DNA of 64,000 nucleotides from Candidatus Poribacteria bacterium. GTDB lineage: Bacteria > Poribacteria > WGA-4E > WGA-3G. The notes below the pieces were generated by a model. The model did not search any database, had not been told where the DNA came from, and saw only the letters and a program-made list of their open reading frames with translations. Where the stretch lies: contig JAJECN010000037.1 in the NCBI GenBank assembly GCA_022821965.1, positions 69,421-133,420 on the forward strand. The letters run 5' to 3'. Every line of letters starts with the position of its first letter. Positions within the stretch are counted from its first letter, which is position 1. The translations under genes were made by a program, and so were the position numbers. Below are positions 47,137 to 56,950 of the stretch, piece by piece.

Positions 47137-48528
47137 ATGAAAACCTTTAATGCCAAATGTCTGATGCTTTTCTTCGTTCTTGGAACAATAGCGTCAAATA
47201 CCGGGGACGCAGAAAAGAATCCTCAAACGAAAAGATATATGAGAAATTATCCCTCAATCTTTCAGGCATGGAACGACATCGAAAATAGACCCAATGAAGG
47301 CGAACTCCATCGTCTCGCCCGACACGACCTCATTTTCCACGATCCTTACTCATTGTTAAGAATTCCTTGGAATACATCAGAGCAGCAGCCTTATCAAGGT
47401 ATAGCAACAGACTTGAATCCAAACCAACTCAATGGTGCCGGTCAAAGAAAAGAGGAACTCCTATCCTTAAATCCTCATCTTTTACTGCTTGTTGAAATCC
47501 GATGTAGAGATGCGAAATATCTCTCGCGGGAAAATGAAACGCACGTGGAAAATTGGTGGGATGTTGGCTTCTACCCGCCGGATTCACCTTACTGGCTCAG
47601 GGATAAGAACGGTGAACCTATTATTGGTTGGGGTGAGGATACCAACGGTGATGGAAAGATTGACGAAAACGATACAGTCCTCAACTACCTCATAGATTTC
47701 ACGAATCCGGAAGTGCAGAATCTGATAGCCAATCAAGCAATGGCATTGAACGCGTCTGGTCTCTTTGATGGTATCATGCTGGATTGGTGGAACGAGGATG
47801 ATGCGACCAGTTCAATTGGTGTTGATGACTGGTCAGATACTATTCTCACACGGGCTGCTGAAGTAGAAGCGCGATTGTCTATCTTGCGCAAAATACGAGC
47901 ACAGGTAGACGATGACTTTTTAATCCTTGTCAACGCGAATACGCGTCAAATCCCAAAATCTGCACCGTACGTAAACGGTATCTTTATGGAGTGTTACAAG
48001 CAGGAATACGCCAAAGGATATAGCCTTGATCAGATCCTTCAGATAGAAGAGACGCTACTGTGGGCGGAACAGCATCTGAGAGAACCACGAATCAACTGCT
48101 TAGAGGGGTGGCGCGTAGTAACGGATTATATGGGAGACTTAAACACACGGGTCGCAGAGCGAAACAGCGAAGAAAATCGGCGATGGATGCGTATGATTAC
48201 CGCGCTTAGTTTAACGCATTCTGACGGTTATGTGTTGTTTGGCGATGACAATGCTATACCAGTCCCCGATCATCTACACAATTGGTATGATTTTTGGGAT
48301 GCTGACCTCGGACAACCCACGCAAAAGAAGGCGGTTCAATACCGAGATATAGCAGGGCTTTTTATCCGCGAGTATGAAAATGGGTGGGTCGTGTATAACC
48401 GGAGTGGTACCACGAGAACTGTCACTTTTGATGTGTCCGTCATAGGAGTCAACAGCGGCAAGCGCAATTCACGTCATGAGATTCTGGACTTTGATGGAGC
48501 AATTTTCCTTAAAACTGATAAAGATTGA
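47137..48528 (+). CDS. putative secreted glycoside-hydrolase-like TIM-barrel protein (GH114 / GHL-type)
   Basis: Signal peptide MKTFNAKCLMLFFVLGTIA. …LFDGIMLDWWNEDD… and …YVNGIFMECY… resemble GH114-like barrels. Start is 2 nt after the LamG stop. Confidence 0.3.
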   Translation: MKTFNAKCLMLFFVLGTIASNTGDAEKNPQTKRYMRNYPSIFQAWNDIENRPNEGELHRLARHDLIFHDPYSLLRIPWNTSEQQPYQGIATDLNPNQLNGAGQRKEELLSLNPHLLLLVEIRCRDAKYLSRENETHVENWWDVGFYPPDSPYWLRDKNGEPIIGWGEDTNGDGKIDENDTVLNYLIDFTNPEVQNLIANQAMALNASGLFDGIMLDWWNEDDATSSIGVDDWSDTILTRAAEVEARLSILRKIRAQVDDDFLILVNANTRQIPKSAPYVNGIFMECYKQEYAKGYSLDQILQIEETLLWAEQHLREPRINCLEGWRVVTDYMGDLNTRVAERNSEENRRWMRMITALSLTHSDGYVLFGDDNAIPVPDHLHNWYDFWDADLGQPTQKKAVQYRDIAGLFIREYENGWVVYNRSGTTRTVTFDVSVIGVNSGKRNSRHEILDFDGAIFLKTDKD

Positions 48529-48545
48529 AAAAAGAGGGTAGGCGA

Positions 48546-49472
48546 TCAATACGGTATTTCCACAGACAGTGTCGTCAAGAACTCGTCCGCTACATTGCGA
48601 TTGTACACGCGGGCTGAAATTACCGACCCATAGATGTTGCCTACATAGAAGATACCGCCAAGCGTGCCGATCGTCCATCCCTTCACCGATGATATACCGT
48701 CCCTGCGAAAACCATCGTAAGCTTGCCACCCTGTAATACCAACAACGAACAAAGAGTTGAGGGCATCGCCGATTCTACCTGTATAGAACCGCCCGGCTCC
48801 AGGGACAATTGTAGAGAGCACTCCAGCCAAAAATGGACTCCGGGTCGGTAGGTGGGCACCTGCTTCCACATATTTATGATATACCTTCGCTTTTTCGCTA
48901 ACCATAAGCATACCCGATCTCTGCAACACTTCAAAAACCTTGCCTGCTTCAGACCACTGTTTCTGCATCAGATAAGAGAGTCCAATAAGTTGTTCGGCTT
49001 CGGCGTGTTGTCGTGTATCTGCTATGTATGGTAGTGCTCCACGTAAAAACCGCACAGATTGTTCAAACTGATCCGTCAGAAAATAGGTAGCACCGATTTG
49101 ATAGTATGCCCGACTGGCAAATTGGCCTTCGGGATGCGTTTGCAGAAGCGTTTTAAAACCCTGAATTGCTTGCTCCGGTTGACCAGCAAAACGATAACAG
49201 ACAGCAATTTTATAGCGAATCTGCTCGCCGTCTGTTCCTGCTCCAGTAGGTCCACTTTCTAAGCGTGCCTTTGAACCTGAACTATAAAAAAGATACCGTT
49301 GATATTCACCGGCGGCGCGGAGGTAGTCGCCTTCCTTATATAGAAAGTCGGCGAATTTACGGACATTTTCGGGCGCATAATATTCTATGGGTTCTTCGGC
49401 GAATGCAACGGATAAAAGAGTGGCAGTCAGGAAAATTATGAGCAGGAATTTGTGTATTTGTGTAGTGTTCAT
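48546..49472 (-). CDS. TPR-repeat protein with C-terminal hydrophobic domain (paralog of 33217..34134)
   Basis: Signal peptide. TPR-like …YKIAVCYRFAGQPEQAIQGFK…, …YYQIGATYFLTDQFEQSV… C-terminal domain shared with the paralog. Confidence 0.45.
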   Translation of the reverse strand: MNTTQIHKFLLIIFLTATLLSVAFAEEPIEYYAPENVRKFADFLYKEGDYLRAAGEYQRYLFYSSGSKARLESGPTGAGTDGEQIRYKIAVCYRFAGQPEQAIQGFKTLLQTHPEGQFASRAYYQIGATYFLTDQFEQSVRFLRGALPYIADTRQHAEAEQLIGLSYLMQKQWSEAGKVFEVLQRSGMLMVSEKAKVYHKYVEAGAHLPTRSPFLAGVLSTIVPGAGRFYTGRIGDALNSLFVVGITGWQAYDGFRRDGISSVKGWTIGTLGGIFYVGNIYGSVISARVYNRNVADEFLTTLSVEIPY

Positions 49473-49539
49473 ATAACTCGTAGATTGGGTTAAACAACAT
49501 GATACCCAATTTCTTCACCTACCAGATACGAAGGCAGAA

Positions 49540-49968
49540 CTATTTCAGGGTTGCATAGTCCGAAACAGGGTCAATGTATTTACCTGTTACGCTATCTTTG
49601 TGGTAATGCCGCCACTGCGACCCATTGCACCGGATTAACCTATCAGCAGCAAGCAGCAAGCCGCGCACCATGCCGTATTTCTGTATACATGTCATGCCGA
49701 AACGCGAACAGGTCGGATGGAAAGCGCACGTCGGTGCGTCTTGGCTGGAGATGAATTTCTGATAGAGACGAATCAGTCCCGTCGCGACTAACTTCAATTC
49801 CGAAGTTTCCTGCGGATTAAAACGGACGACCTCTTGTGGTTTCGGTTTCACAATTGGGTTGACTTTTCGGATGAATGCAAGGTCGGCACCCTCACCCGAA
49901 AACGCTGGTAAAACGAAAACAACAGCGGATAAACACGACACACAAAAAAGAACGAGACGATTTACCAT
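49540..49968 (-). CDS. YidD-like (DUF37, membrane-protein insertion efficiency factor family) protein with N-terminal extension
   Basis: …LIRLYQKFISSQDAPTCAFHPTCSRFGMTCIQKYGMVRGLLLAADRLIRCNGSQWRHYHKDSVTGKYIDPV matches the YidD CxxPTCSxY…RCHP…G.DPV pattern. Preceded by a signal-like segment. Confidence 0.55.
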   Translation of the reverse strand: MVNRLVLFCVSCLSAVVFVLPAFSGEGADLAFIRKVNPIVKPKPQEVVRFNPQETSELKLVATGLIRLYQKFISSQDAPTCAFHPTCSRFGMTCIQKYGMVRGLLLAADRLIRCNGSQWRHYHKDSVTGKYIDPVSDYATLK

Positions 49969-50681
49969 TTGATCTCTTTAACCTCCACCGATTCAGGGAT
50001 TGTGAAATTTAGCAGCGGATTGGGCGAATCCACATTCACCCGCGGATTGCTATAAAAGATGTGTTCAGACTGAATCACCTCAGATTTCGGTCCATACGCG
50101 CTCGAGGTGACCCTCATCGGAATATAATTAATACCAATTTTGCTGTGATCTTCATAGTGTGATCTGGCGATGATATACCCCTTTGGGTTTTTGACTTCGG
50201 CAGAAATAAGTCGGTCATTCCGCATACCGAGGATGACGGTGCCGAGTTTCTCTTTCGCTTTTTCAGGTGGTGTCCAATAGGTATAGAGCACCTTATCTAC
50301 AATATCGTGTTTTTCCAAAGAATACCCGATCGCTGTCAACCCATATTCTGCTTGCGTGGACTGGATGATAGACTCAACAAATGGAAGCGGAATCCGTCCT
50401 TTGGAAATAAAACGGAATGCCTGTTTTTCTATAGGATAATAGATTTCCAATGTCTTGTCCTTCACCACCATTATCTGCTTAAGAGGTTGAGTGACTTCAA
50501 CAACAACTCTCGCTGCCTTTACATCGTAGTGGAGTATGCCTGCAATGTGCTCTGTTTTGCCGTTTTCGGTTAACTCACGCGTAAAGTCTAAGGAGAGCGT
50601 CTTTAACGGTGCGGCGTAGAGCGTATTGACCAGAAAGAGCGTAAACAGAAGCGTTATGGGAAATTGGCGGTTTTTAGGCAT
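49962..50681 (-). CDS. LolA-like / outer-membrane lipoprotein-sorting fold protein (secreted)
   Basis: Signal peptide. 239-aa beta-rich protein with …LSLDFTRELTENGKTEHIAGILHYD… reminiscent of LolA/LppX-fold carriers. Overlaps the YidD-like start by 7 nt. Confidence 0.35.
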   Translation of the reverse strand: MPKNRQFPITLLFTLFLVNTLYAAPLKTLSLDFTRELTENGKTEHIAGILHYDVKAARVVVEVTQPLKQIMVVKDKTLEIYYPIEKQAFRFISKGRIPLPFVESIIQSTQAEYGLTAIGYSLEKHDIVDKVLYTYWTPPEKAKEKLGTVILGMRNDRLISAEVKNPKGYIIARSHYEDHSKIGINYIPMRVTSSAYGPKSEVIQSEHIFYSNPRVNVDSPNPLLNFTIPESVEVKEIKW

Positions 50682-50863
50682 CTATCTCTTTATGAATGGT
50701 AAGGTATACTGAAGGTCAGCAGTGCCATCAAAAAAACGAGAACATGAAATGTAGAATTTATTTTCACCTGTTTTTCTCCTTAACAGAATTATGAAGCGAG
50801 TTGTACTTTACTTTTTACAACAGTTGAATTTTTTTGCACAAAAGGAAAGGTTTTGTCTCAATA

Positions 50864-51637
50864 TCAATTAGGTATCTCAAGCTTTAGCTGCGTGCGAACG
50901 GCTTGACGCACCACATCACAGATATGCATAGCGTGTTGTGTATCCTCGGCTGTTCTTGAATCTCCCGGATATCGAGGATCCACTGCATACGCAGTTATTA
51001 TCTTAAAATCAGGCTGCCAATCGGACCAAGCAGGTTGTATAGGTACAATTAACGCCAGCAATTCTTCAAGGTTATGCGTCCGTTGAACAGGAATGTTCGC
51101 TTCTTGCATCCACGCCTTTAGATATTTCTCAATACACTGCTGGGCGTGGAAACAAATAGCGTCATGTACGGGATCCGGAGCTTGCTGAAGCCACTTTGCT
51201 GTTCTATAACCATCTTCAGCCTTCTCTATCCACTCCAGCGTCAATGGATTCATGCAGTCCTTCTTCTCGGTAAGATTTGATCCGTAATGTGTGAATTGTA
51301 GATTTTTAACATTGCAGTCTGCCTCAGCCCCATGGAGCAATTCCCCTTTTTCAGTGATCTCTCGGAGAAACCAGTCGTTATACGAAACACGATAGGCAAT
51401 CTCTTCCGGCGACCGGACGAACAGGTCCATACCGAAACGGTATGGAATACGTTGTCGTATCTCAATAGCCTTACGAGTAAACTCTGATTTCGGAATATCC
51501 ATCACAACAAGCAGATCTACATCCGAGTCCTCTGTCGGAGTGCCATAAGCATAGGAACCAAAGAGGATAACTTGTAGTGGCGCGAATTCGCGCACGATAT
51601 CATCACATGTAGCCTGGATTTCCTGTCGGGTAACCAT
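50864..51637 (-). CDS. fused minimal nucleotidyltransferase (MNT) + HEPN domain protein (toxin-antitoxin-like)
   Basis: N-terminal …LFGSYAYGTPTEDSDVDLLVV… (GS…DxD Pol-beta NTase motif). C-terminal HEPN R-x6-H (…DPRYPGDSRTAEDTQHAM…). Start chosen at MVTRQEI. Confidence 0.55.
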   Translation of the reverse strand: MVTRQEIQATCDDIVREFAPLQVILFGSYAYGTPTEDSDVDLLVVMDIPKSEFTRKAIEIRQRIPYRFGMDLFVRSPEEIAYRVSYNDWFLREITEKGELLHGAEADCNVKNLQFTHYGSNLTEKKDCMNPLTLEWIEKAEDGYRTAKWLQQAPDPVHDAICFHAQQCIEKYLKAWMQEANIPVQRTHNLEELLALIVPIQPAWSDWQPDFKIITAYAVDPRYPGDSRTAEDTQHAMHICDVVRQAVRTQLKLEIPN

Positions 51638-51700
51638 ACGAGCCGTCCTTTTAATTGAAGTATAACACATCACGTAAGGACTGTCAAGATTCCCACGATT

Positions 51701-51722
51701 GGCGAGGTTAGGAAACCTTGCC
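51701..51722. repeat. GGCGAGG-TTAGGAAA-CCTTGCC hairpin downstream of OMP paralog A
   Basis: Same loop sequence as the 16842 and 52486 hairpins. Confidence 0.7.
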
Positions 51723-51775
51723 AGCGAGTAAAGAGAGGACACCATAGGAACACTCGGTTGATTTTGACAGCATCT

Positions 51776-52459
51776 TCAATGAAAATTCAACCCAATGCTA
51801 AAACCTCTATAGAAATCCTTAAGAGAGATCTGGAAACCCCCAACAATACTTACCATCGGTGAAATTTCAATCTCCAATCCTATGCCTCCTGCAAAGCTAA
51901 AAAAGGTCGAATCTCCCCTTACTTCTACACTTCCATCCTTAGTATCCAGGTTTGTTCCAGCTTCTGAAAAAACTATACCACAGAAAGGGTTTAGGCTCCA
52001 CCCAAAGTCCGTCTCTAAGCGTTTTAGCAGACCGCCTCCACCGGAAAATCCAACACTACGCGCACTTGCAAGTATCTTATTTGTAGAAGCATCAAGCGTC
52101 CGAGAAAATGTAGTGTGCACGCCTCCGGAGAAAAAATAATCTAAGCCTGTTCGCCCTAAAGTCCTAATATGAATTAACTCAACTCCACTTCCGAGGGCTG
52201 GCGGAAGATGAACACTTGAACTATCATACAAGTCTTCATCAGCAAAACTGACACCCCCTCTGAGAGCAACCTTCGTCCTATCACTAATACCGTAGCCAAT
52301 ACTTCCTCCCATCCCACTCGAATTTTGACTTCTACCAAAACTAACGCCAACAGCTACCTCTCCTCCCGATAATCCGTATAAATCTGTCTGAGAATACGCC
52401 ATAACAGGACACAGAACGAATAAGAAAACTATGTAAGTCCATCTTTCTTTTCTCCGCAT
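51776..52459 (-). CDS. outer-membrane beta-barrel protein (OmpA-like beta-barrel / OMP_b-brl family), paralog A
   Basis: Signal peptide. Gly/Ser-rich alternating beta-strands. C-terminal …SIGLNFH. Paralog of the gene immediately upstream. Confidence 0.5.
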   Translation of the reverse strand: MRRKERWTYIVFLFVLCPVMAYSQTDLYGLSGGEVAVGVSFGRSQNSSGMGGSIGYGISDRTKVALRGGVSFADEDLYDSSSVHLPPALGSGVELIHIRTLGRTGLDYFFSGGVHTTFSRTLDASTNKILASARSVGFSGGGGLLKRLETDFGWSLNPFCGIVFSEAGTNLDTKDGSVEVRGDSTFFSFAGGIGLEIEISPMVSIVGGFQISLKDFYRGFSIGLNFH

Positions 52460-52485
52460 CTTTATTCCTCTTCTTTAACCTATTT

Positions 52486-52507
52486 GGCGAGGTTAGGAAA
52501 CCTCGCC
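52486..52507. repeat. GGCGAGG-TTAGGAAA-CCTCGCC hairpin downstream of OMP paralog B
   Basis: Perfect 7-bp stem with the TTAGGAAA loop. Confidence 0.7.
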
Positions 52508-52549
52508 AGCGGGCAGAAAGTACTTACCGTTGGAACTCTCTGGATACCT

Positions 52550-53248
52550 TCAATGAAAATTTAACCCGATACTAAAACTCCCATCAATATTTTTAAAAGA
52601 GACACCGAAAGCCCCTATTACACTTATTGTTGGTGACACTTCAACTTCCAGCCCTGCTCTTCCTCCAAAGTGAGAAGATATCCGATTACGTCCTGTTTCT
52701 TCAAGCACTCCTTTAGTCGATATGCGTGTCCAAGACCGTGAATAGGATACGCCGCAGAATGGGTTTAGTGTCCATCCGAAATTAGTCTGTATACGTTTTG
52801 AAATACCACCGCCACCGGAAAGTCTTATGCTGCGGGCATTCCCAACTGTTTCATTTGTAGAAGCATTATACACTCGAGAAAATAAGGTGTAGAGACCTCC
52901 CGAAAAAAAATAATCTAAACCTGTTTGTCCTAAAGGGCTAACATGCCATGGCCCAATACCTACCATGACAGGCGGCGGAATATCAATTCCTGAACCTCCA
53001 TATCGCTCTTTGTCAATAATGCCTATATTTGTTCCCAGAGTAATCTTTGTCCGACTACTAACACCGTAACTCAGACTCCCACCTATTCCCATAGCGTCTT
53101 GACTTCTACTAAAGTCAACTCCGGTAAAACCAAGTCCAACAGCCATTCTTCCTTGTGGCAATTCATATAAACCCGTTTGAGCATACGCGGTAACAGGAAG
53201 TAACAGAGATAAGAAAACCACGAAAATCCATCTTTTATTTACTTGCAT
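52550..53248 (-). CDS. outer-membrane beta-barrel protein, paralog B
   Basis: About 45 % identity by eye with paralog A (…VGLGFTGVDFSRSQDAMGIGGSLSYGVSSRTKITLG… vs …VGVSFGRSQNSSGMGGSIGYGISDRTKVALRG…). Same …SIGLNFH end. AGGAG RBS. Confidence 0.5.
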   Translation of the reverse strand: MQVNKRWIFVVFLSLLLPVTAYAQTGLYELPQGRMAVGLGFTGVDFSRSQDAMGIGGSLSYGVSSRTKITLGTNIGIIDKERYGGSGIDIPPPVMVGIGPWHVSPLGQTGLDYFFSGGLYTLFSRVYNASTNETVGNARSIRLSGGGGISKRIQTNFGWTLNPFCGVSYSRSWTRISTKGVLEETGRNRISSHFGGRAGLEVEVSPTISVIGAFGVSFKNIDGSFSIGLNFH

Positions 53249-53445
53249 TCTCATTCTCCTTTTATGATAATTCAAAGTAGTTGTCTTTCGATTAGCATAT
53301 CCGACCCAAGAACACCTAATCTGTTATAACGTTTCTGCAATAGATCGCGTTTACGTTAAATAACAATAAACGAAACTTATCACAGGAGTTAGAATGAAAA
53401 CCTTCATCGTGGTTGGAAACTTATTAGTGAGTAGGAAGGAAGCAA

Positions 53446-54960
53446 TTATAACGATGCCTGCTGTAGAAGTTCAGGGTTCGCAAAGGCAATATAGGGTGCG
53501 CCATCAAAAATCAATTCACCACCTTGTAATAGGAGAACGCGGTGTGCGTATTTCAAGGTAAGTTCTGTGTCGTGCGTTGCGAAAATGAGGGTTTTATCCC
53601 CCTGCTGGATCTCATCGCAAAGCTCGTCCATCAACTGATGGAGATGCTGCGCATCTTGCCCTGTGGTGGGTTCATCGAGAAGGAAAAGGTCCGGATGTAA
53701 TGAAAAAGTTGCAGCAACAGCAACCCGCTGACGCTGCCCACGCGATAACGAATAGGGTGCCTCTGAGGCAAAATTGTTCAAGTCAAACTGGGTGAGTGTC
53801 CTGTTAACTCGCTCTTCAAGAATCTGCGTGGAGAATTTAAGATTTTTTGGACCGAATGCCACCTCATCGCGAACGGTTTCCGCCTGCAACAGCAAGTCGG
53901 GATTCTGAAAAACGATACCGACTTTACCTGCCAACTGATGGAGCTTCAGGCGACTGGACGACTTTCCATCAATAATCACCTCACCTACTGATGGACGTAG
54001 CAAGCCAGCAATGAGATGAATCAAGGTTGTTTTACCAGAACCGTTCGCACCCATAATCGCGACGACTTCTCCACGAGGCACCTCACAAGAAATCGAACGC
54101 ACTGCATTCTGAACAGTGTTCGGATAACGGAACTGAAGCTCGTGAATGCTAAGGAGAGGGACTTGCGATGCAGTTTCTCGATCACGCGCAAGAGGTGTTT
54201 CTACCACTGGTTTCCCGGTTTCTGGTATCTGCACACCTAAACGCTGATATAGGGTAAGGTTCTGAAACGCCTCCGCTTTCGGTAAATCCAAGCAGAGTCG
54301 TCCTCTATCCATCAGCCATACACGGTCACACAGCGGGGCAACCTCTTTCGTTCGGTGGGTTGCCAAGATGACCGTTATGCCCATCTCGCGATTGAGTCGC
54401 GCAACAATATCAAGAATGTCCCGCGTCCCCTTGGGATCAAGGTGGCTCGTTGGCTCGTCTAAGAGCAAGACTTGCGGTTGCATCGCACAAACAGCAGCAA
54501 GCGCAACACGCTGTTTCTGACCACCGGAAAGCGATGCGATCTCCCGCGACGCGAAATCGGGGAGTCCTACCTGTTCTAAGGCGACAGCAATCCGTCTTTT
54601 AATTTCTTTGGGAGGGAAACCGAGGTTTTCAAGTCCAAAAGCGATTTCATCTTCGACCAGTGTGCAAAAGAGTTGATCGTCGGGATTTTGGAAGAGGAGG
54701 GCGACGTGTTGGCATGTGGTAGCGATCGGTTGTGCGGCAATGGATTTACCGTCAAGACGAACCGACCCTGTGAGCACGCCTGCTGAAGCGTGCGGAATCA
54801 AACCGTTCAATGTCCGCAATAACGTAGACTTACCACATCCTGTTGGACCCGTCAGCAGCACAAACGCCCCAGAAGAGACGTGGGTCGTAATATCTTGAAG
54901 TGTCGGCGTATCACGACTCGGATAGGTAAAACCGAGATTTTCTATCTCAATAGACACCAT
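53446..54960 (-). CDS. duplicated-ATPase ABC protein (ECF-type EcfA1-A2 fusion, YkoD/CbiO-like)
   Basis: Two ABC cassettes: Walker A GPTGCGKST and GANGSGKTT; signatures LSGGQKQR and LSRGQRQR. Start 8 nt after the radical SAM stop. Confidence 0.8.
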   Translation of the reverse strand: MVSIEIENLGFTYPSRDTPTLQDITTHVSSGAFVLLTGPTGCGKSTLLRTLNGLIPHASAGVLTGSVRLDGKSIAAQPIATTCQHVALLFQNPDDQLFCTLVEDEIAFGLENLGFPPKEIKRRIAVALEQVGLPDFASREIASLSGGQKQRVALAAVCAMQPQVLLLDEPTSHLDPKGTRDILDIVARLNREMGITVILATHRTKEVAPLCDRVWLMDRGRLCLDLPKAEAFQNLTLYQRLGVQIPETGKPVVETPLARDRETASQVPLLSIHELQFRYPNTVQNAVRSISCEVPRGEVVAIMGANGSGKTTLIHLIAGLLRPSVGEVIIDGKSSSRLKLHQLAGKVGIVFQNPDLLLQAETVRDEVAFGPKNLKFSTQILEERVNRTLTQFDLNNFASEAPYSLSRGQRQRVAVAATFSLHPDLFLLDEPTTGQDAQHLHQLMDELCDEIQQGDKTLIFATHDTELTLKYAHRVLLLQGGELIFDGAPYIAFANPELLQQASL

Positions 54961-54967
54961 GGTCTGA

Positions 54968-56950
54968 TTAACCGAGCTCTTCAAGCTGGACAGGAACAGA
55001 ACCGAAAAGTTGCTCTAAATGTCGCGTGACGGAGTCCCGGAAAGCGTCAAAGGTTTCCTGGGCATTCTGCTTGAAATCGTCGTGGAGTTGTTCGTGTTGA
55101 GCACGGACACGGGCGAAGAGATTGTGGACATACGCTTGGAGTTCGCTGAGTCTTTCTGTCTGTGCCTTTGCGAAAGTGCTGACAGCCTCCTTGAAAGCAT
55201 TGAGCTCCGCGTCAAGGTATTCCTTGAACATGGATTTCTGGAAACCCGCAAGCGCACTGTGTGCAGCGTATCGAAAATCCTCGTGAATTGAGTCGTATTC
55301 CTTCCTCACACGTGTAAAGAGTTTCCGCGAATAGTTCTGAATTTCATTCATTCGGTCACCCTGCGTCTGTGTGAACTGCGAAACCTCTTCCTTAAACGTG
55401 TCCATTTCATAATCCAAGAACTTCCTGAAATCTTCAACAGCGATCGTATGACGCGTCGTCTTCTCCAAATGATAACCCATGACTGCCAACCTGACCGCTT
55501 CGGGGAACATCTCCGGATGGTTTTTCAGCACCTTCACCAAATACCGGACATATTCCACACCCTGTCTGGAGAAAAGTTGTTTCTGGAGCGAACGAATAAA
55601 CGCCCGCAACTCCTCTGGCCGAATGGATCTCACATTGTGCGAAGTACGAGGCATGTGCTCAAGCAGGGTCAAACATCGGGCAAAATAGTTCTTCAGCGTA
55701 GGATCATAGAGTGTAGAAACAACCCGCCGATACTCCGACATAAGTTCCTCACGCGGCATTTCCGGTACAAAATTAAGCGTCATGTCGGTCTGATTTCCGC
55801 TGGACTCCCCAAGCAACCGATCTTCCTGTTTCAGTCGGTGCCAGAGGTCTGTTTCTTTCAAAGCAGTGAGCAAACCAGCCATTGCCATCGGAATGCCTGC
55901 TTTCTGAATAAAATCAATGTGCGAATTAAACTCGGTATCGCCGTCAAGCCCGATGATAAATCCGCCGGTGACCTCCATCCCTCTACTCTGTATCTTCCTA
56001 ATCGCACGCAAGAGGTAACTACCCGCTTCCTCCTCTTTGCTCGTATTCTGCCCTTTGGAGGTGCCAAGGAGTGCTTCATCGTTGGGACTCTCAATGCCAA
56101 GGAATACCATGTTAAACCCGGCATCGCTCATTGCGTCAAGCATTTCAGGAATTTCGACGAGGTTTACGCTCGCTTCGGTATAGAGTGAGAAGGGGAATTG
56201 GCGTTCTTCTTGCCACCGCTTGACAGCCGGAAGCAAGCGCATCGCGTCGCGTTTGTTACCGATAAAGTTATCGTCAACAACAAACATTGCGCCATCCCAA
56301 CCGAGTTTATAGAGCATTTCAAACTCGGTGAGCATCTGCTCATTGCTCTTCGTCCGCGGGACACGCCCGAACAACTTCGTAATATCGCAAAATTCGCAAT
56401 TGAAAGGACATCCACGCGAAAACTGGAGTGCCATCGACCCATACGCGTTGATATCGATGAGATCATAACGAGGTGGGGGGGTCTTGGTAATATCCGGCTT
56501 GCGAGTCTCGCGGTAAATCTCTTTTGCACTACCGCTCTCAAAATCGGTTAAGAAGTCTTCAAAGATCTCCTCAACTTCACCAAAGAGGAAATGGTCAATC
56601 GTGGCATCAGTCTCCTCTTTGATATTGTCATAGTAGGAGGTCGGATGTGGTCCGCCAGCAATTATCGGCACGCCTGCCTGATTACAACGTTCTGCGACTT
56701 CATAGAGCGAGTCCTTTTGAACAATCATTGTCGATGTCAGTACAACATCTGCCCACTGAAGATGCGCATCTGTCAGCGGTTCAATGTTCATATCAACGAC
56801 TTTTGAGGCATAATTATCAGGAAACATTCCAGCGATAGTCAATAATCCAAGCGGGGGCATTGATGATCTTTTACCAAGAAATTCTAAGGCGTATTTAAAA
56901 CCCCAATAAGATGGCGGGAACTTCGGATAAACAAATAAAGCATTTGGCAT
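54968..56950 (-). CDS. B12-binding-domain radical SAM enzyme (class B, DUF4070-type) with C-terminal about 110-aa tandem-repeat tail
   Basis: N-terminal cobalamin-binding-like region (…MPPLGLLTIAG…). CxxxCxxC = CPFNCEFC. C-terminal two about 50-aa repeats (FKEEVSQFTQTQGDRMNEIQNYSRKLFTRVRKEYDSIHEDF / FKEAVSTFAKAQTERLSELQAYVHNLFARVRAQHEQLHDDF). Confidence 0.8.
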   Translation of the reverse strand: MPNALFVYPKFPPSYWGFKYALEFLGKRSSMPPLGLLTIAGMFPDNYASKVVDMNIEPLTDAHLQWADVVLTSTMIVQKDSLYEVAERCNQAGVPIIAGGPHPTSYYDNIKEETDATIDHFLFGEVEEIFEDFLTDFESGSAKEIYRETRKPDITKTPPPRYDLIDINAYGSMALQFSRGCPFNCEFCDITKLFGRVPRTKSNEQMLTEFEMLYKLGWDGAMFVVDDNFIGNKRDAMRLLPAVKRWQEERQFPFSLYTEASVNLVEIPEMLDAMSDAGFNMVFLGIESPNDEALLGTSKGQNTSKEEEAGSYLLRAIRKIQSRGMEVTGGFIIGLDGDTEFNSHIDFIQKAGIPMAMAGLLTALKETDLWHRLKQEDRLLGESSGNQTDMTLNFVPEMPREELMSEYRRVVSTLYDPTLKNYFARCLTLLEHMPRTSHNVRSIRPEELRAFIRSLQKQLFSRQGVEYVRYLVKVLKNHPEMFPEAVRLAVMGYHLEKTTRHTIAVEDFRKFLDYEMDTFKEEVSQFTQTQGDRMNEIQNYSRKLFTRVRKEYDSIHEDFRYAAHSALAGFQKSMFKEYLDAELNAFKEAVSTFAKAQTERLSELQAYVHNLFARVRAQHEQLHDDFKQNAQETFDAFRDSVTRHLEQLFGSVPVQLEELG

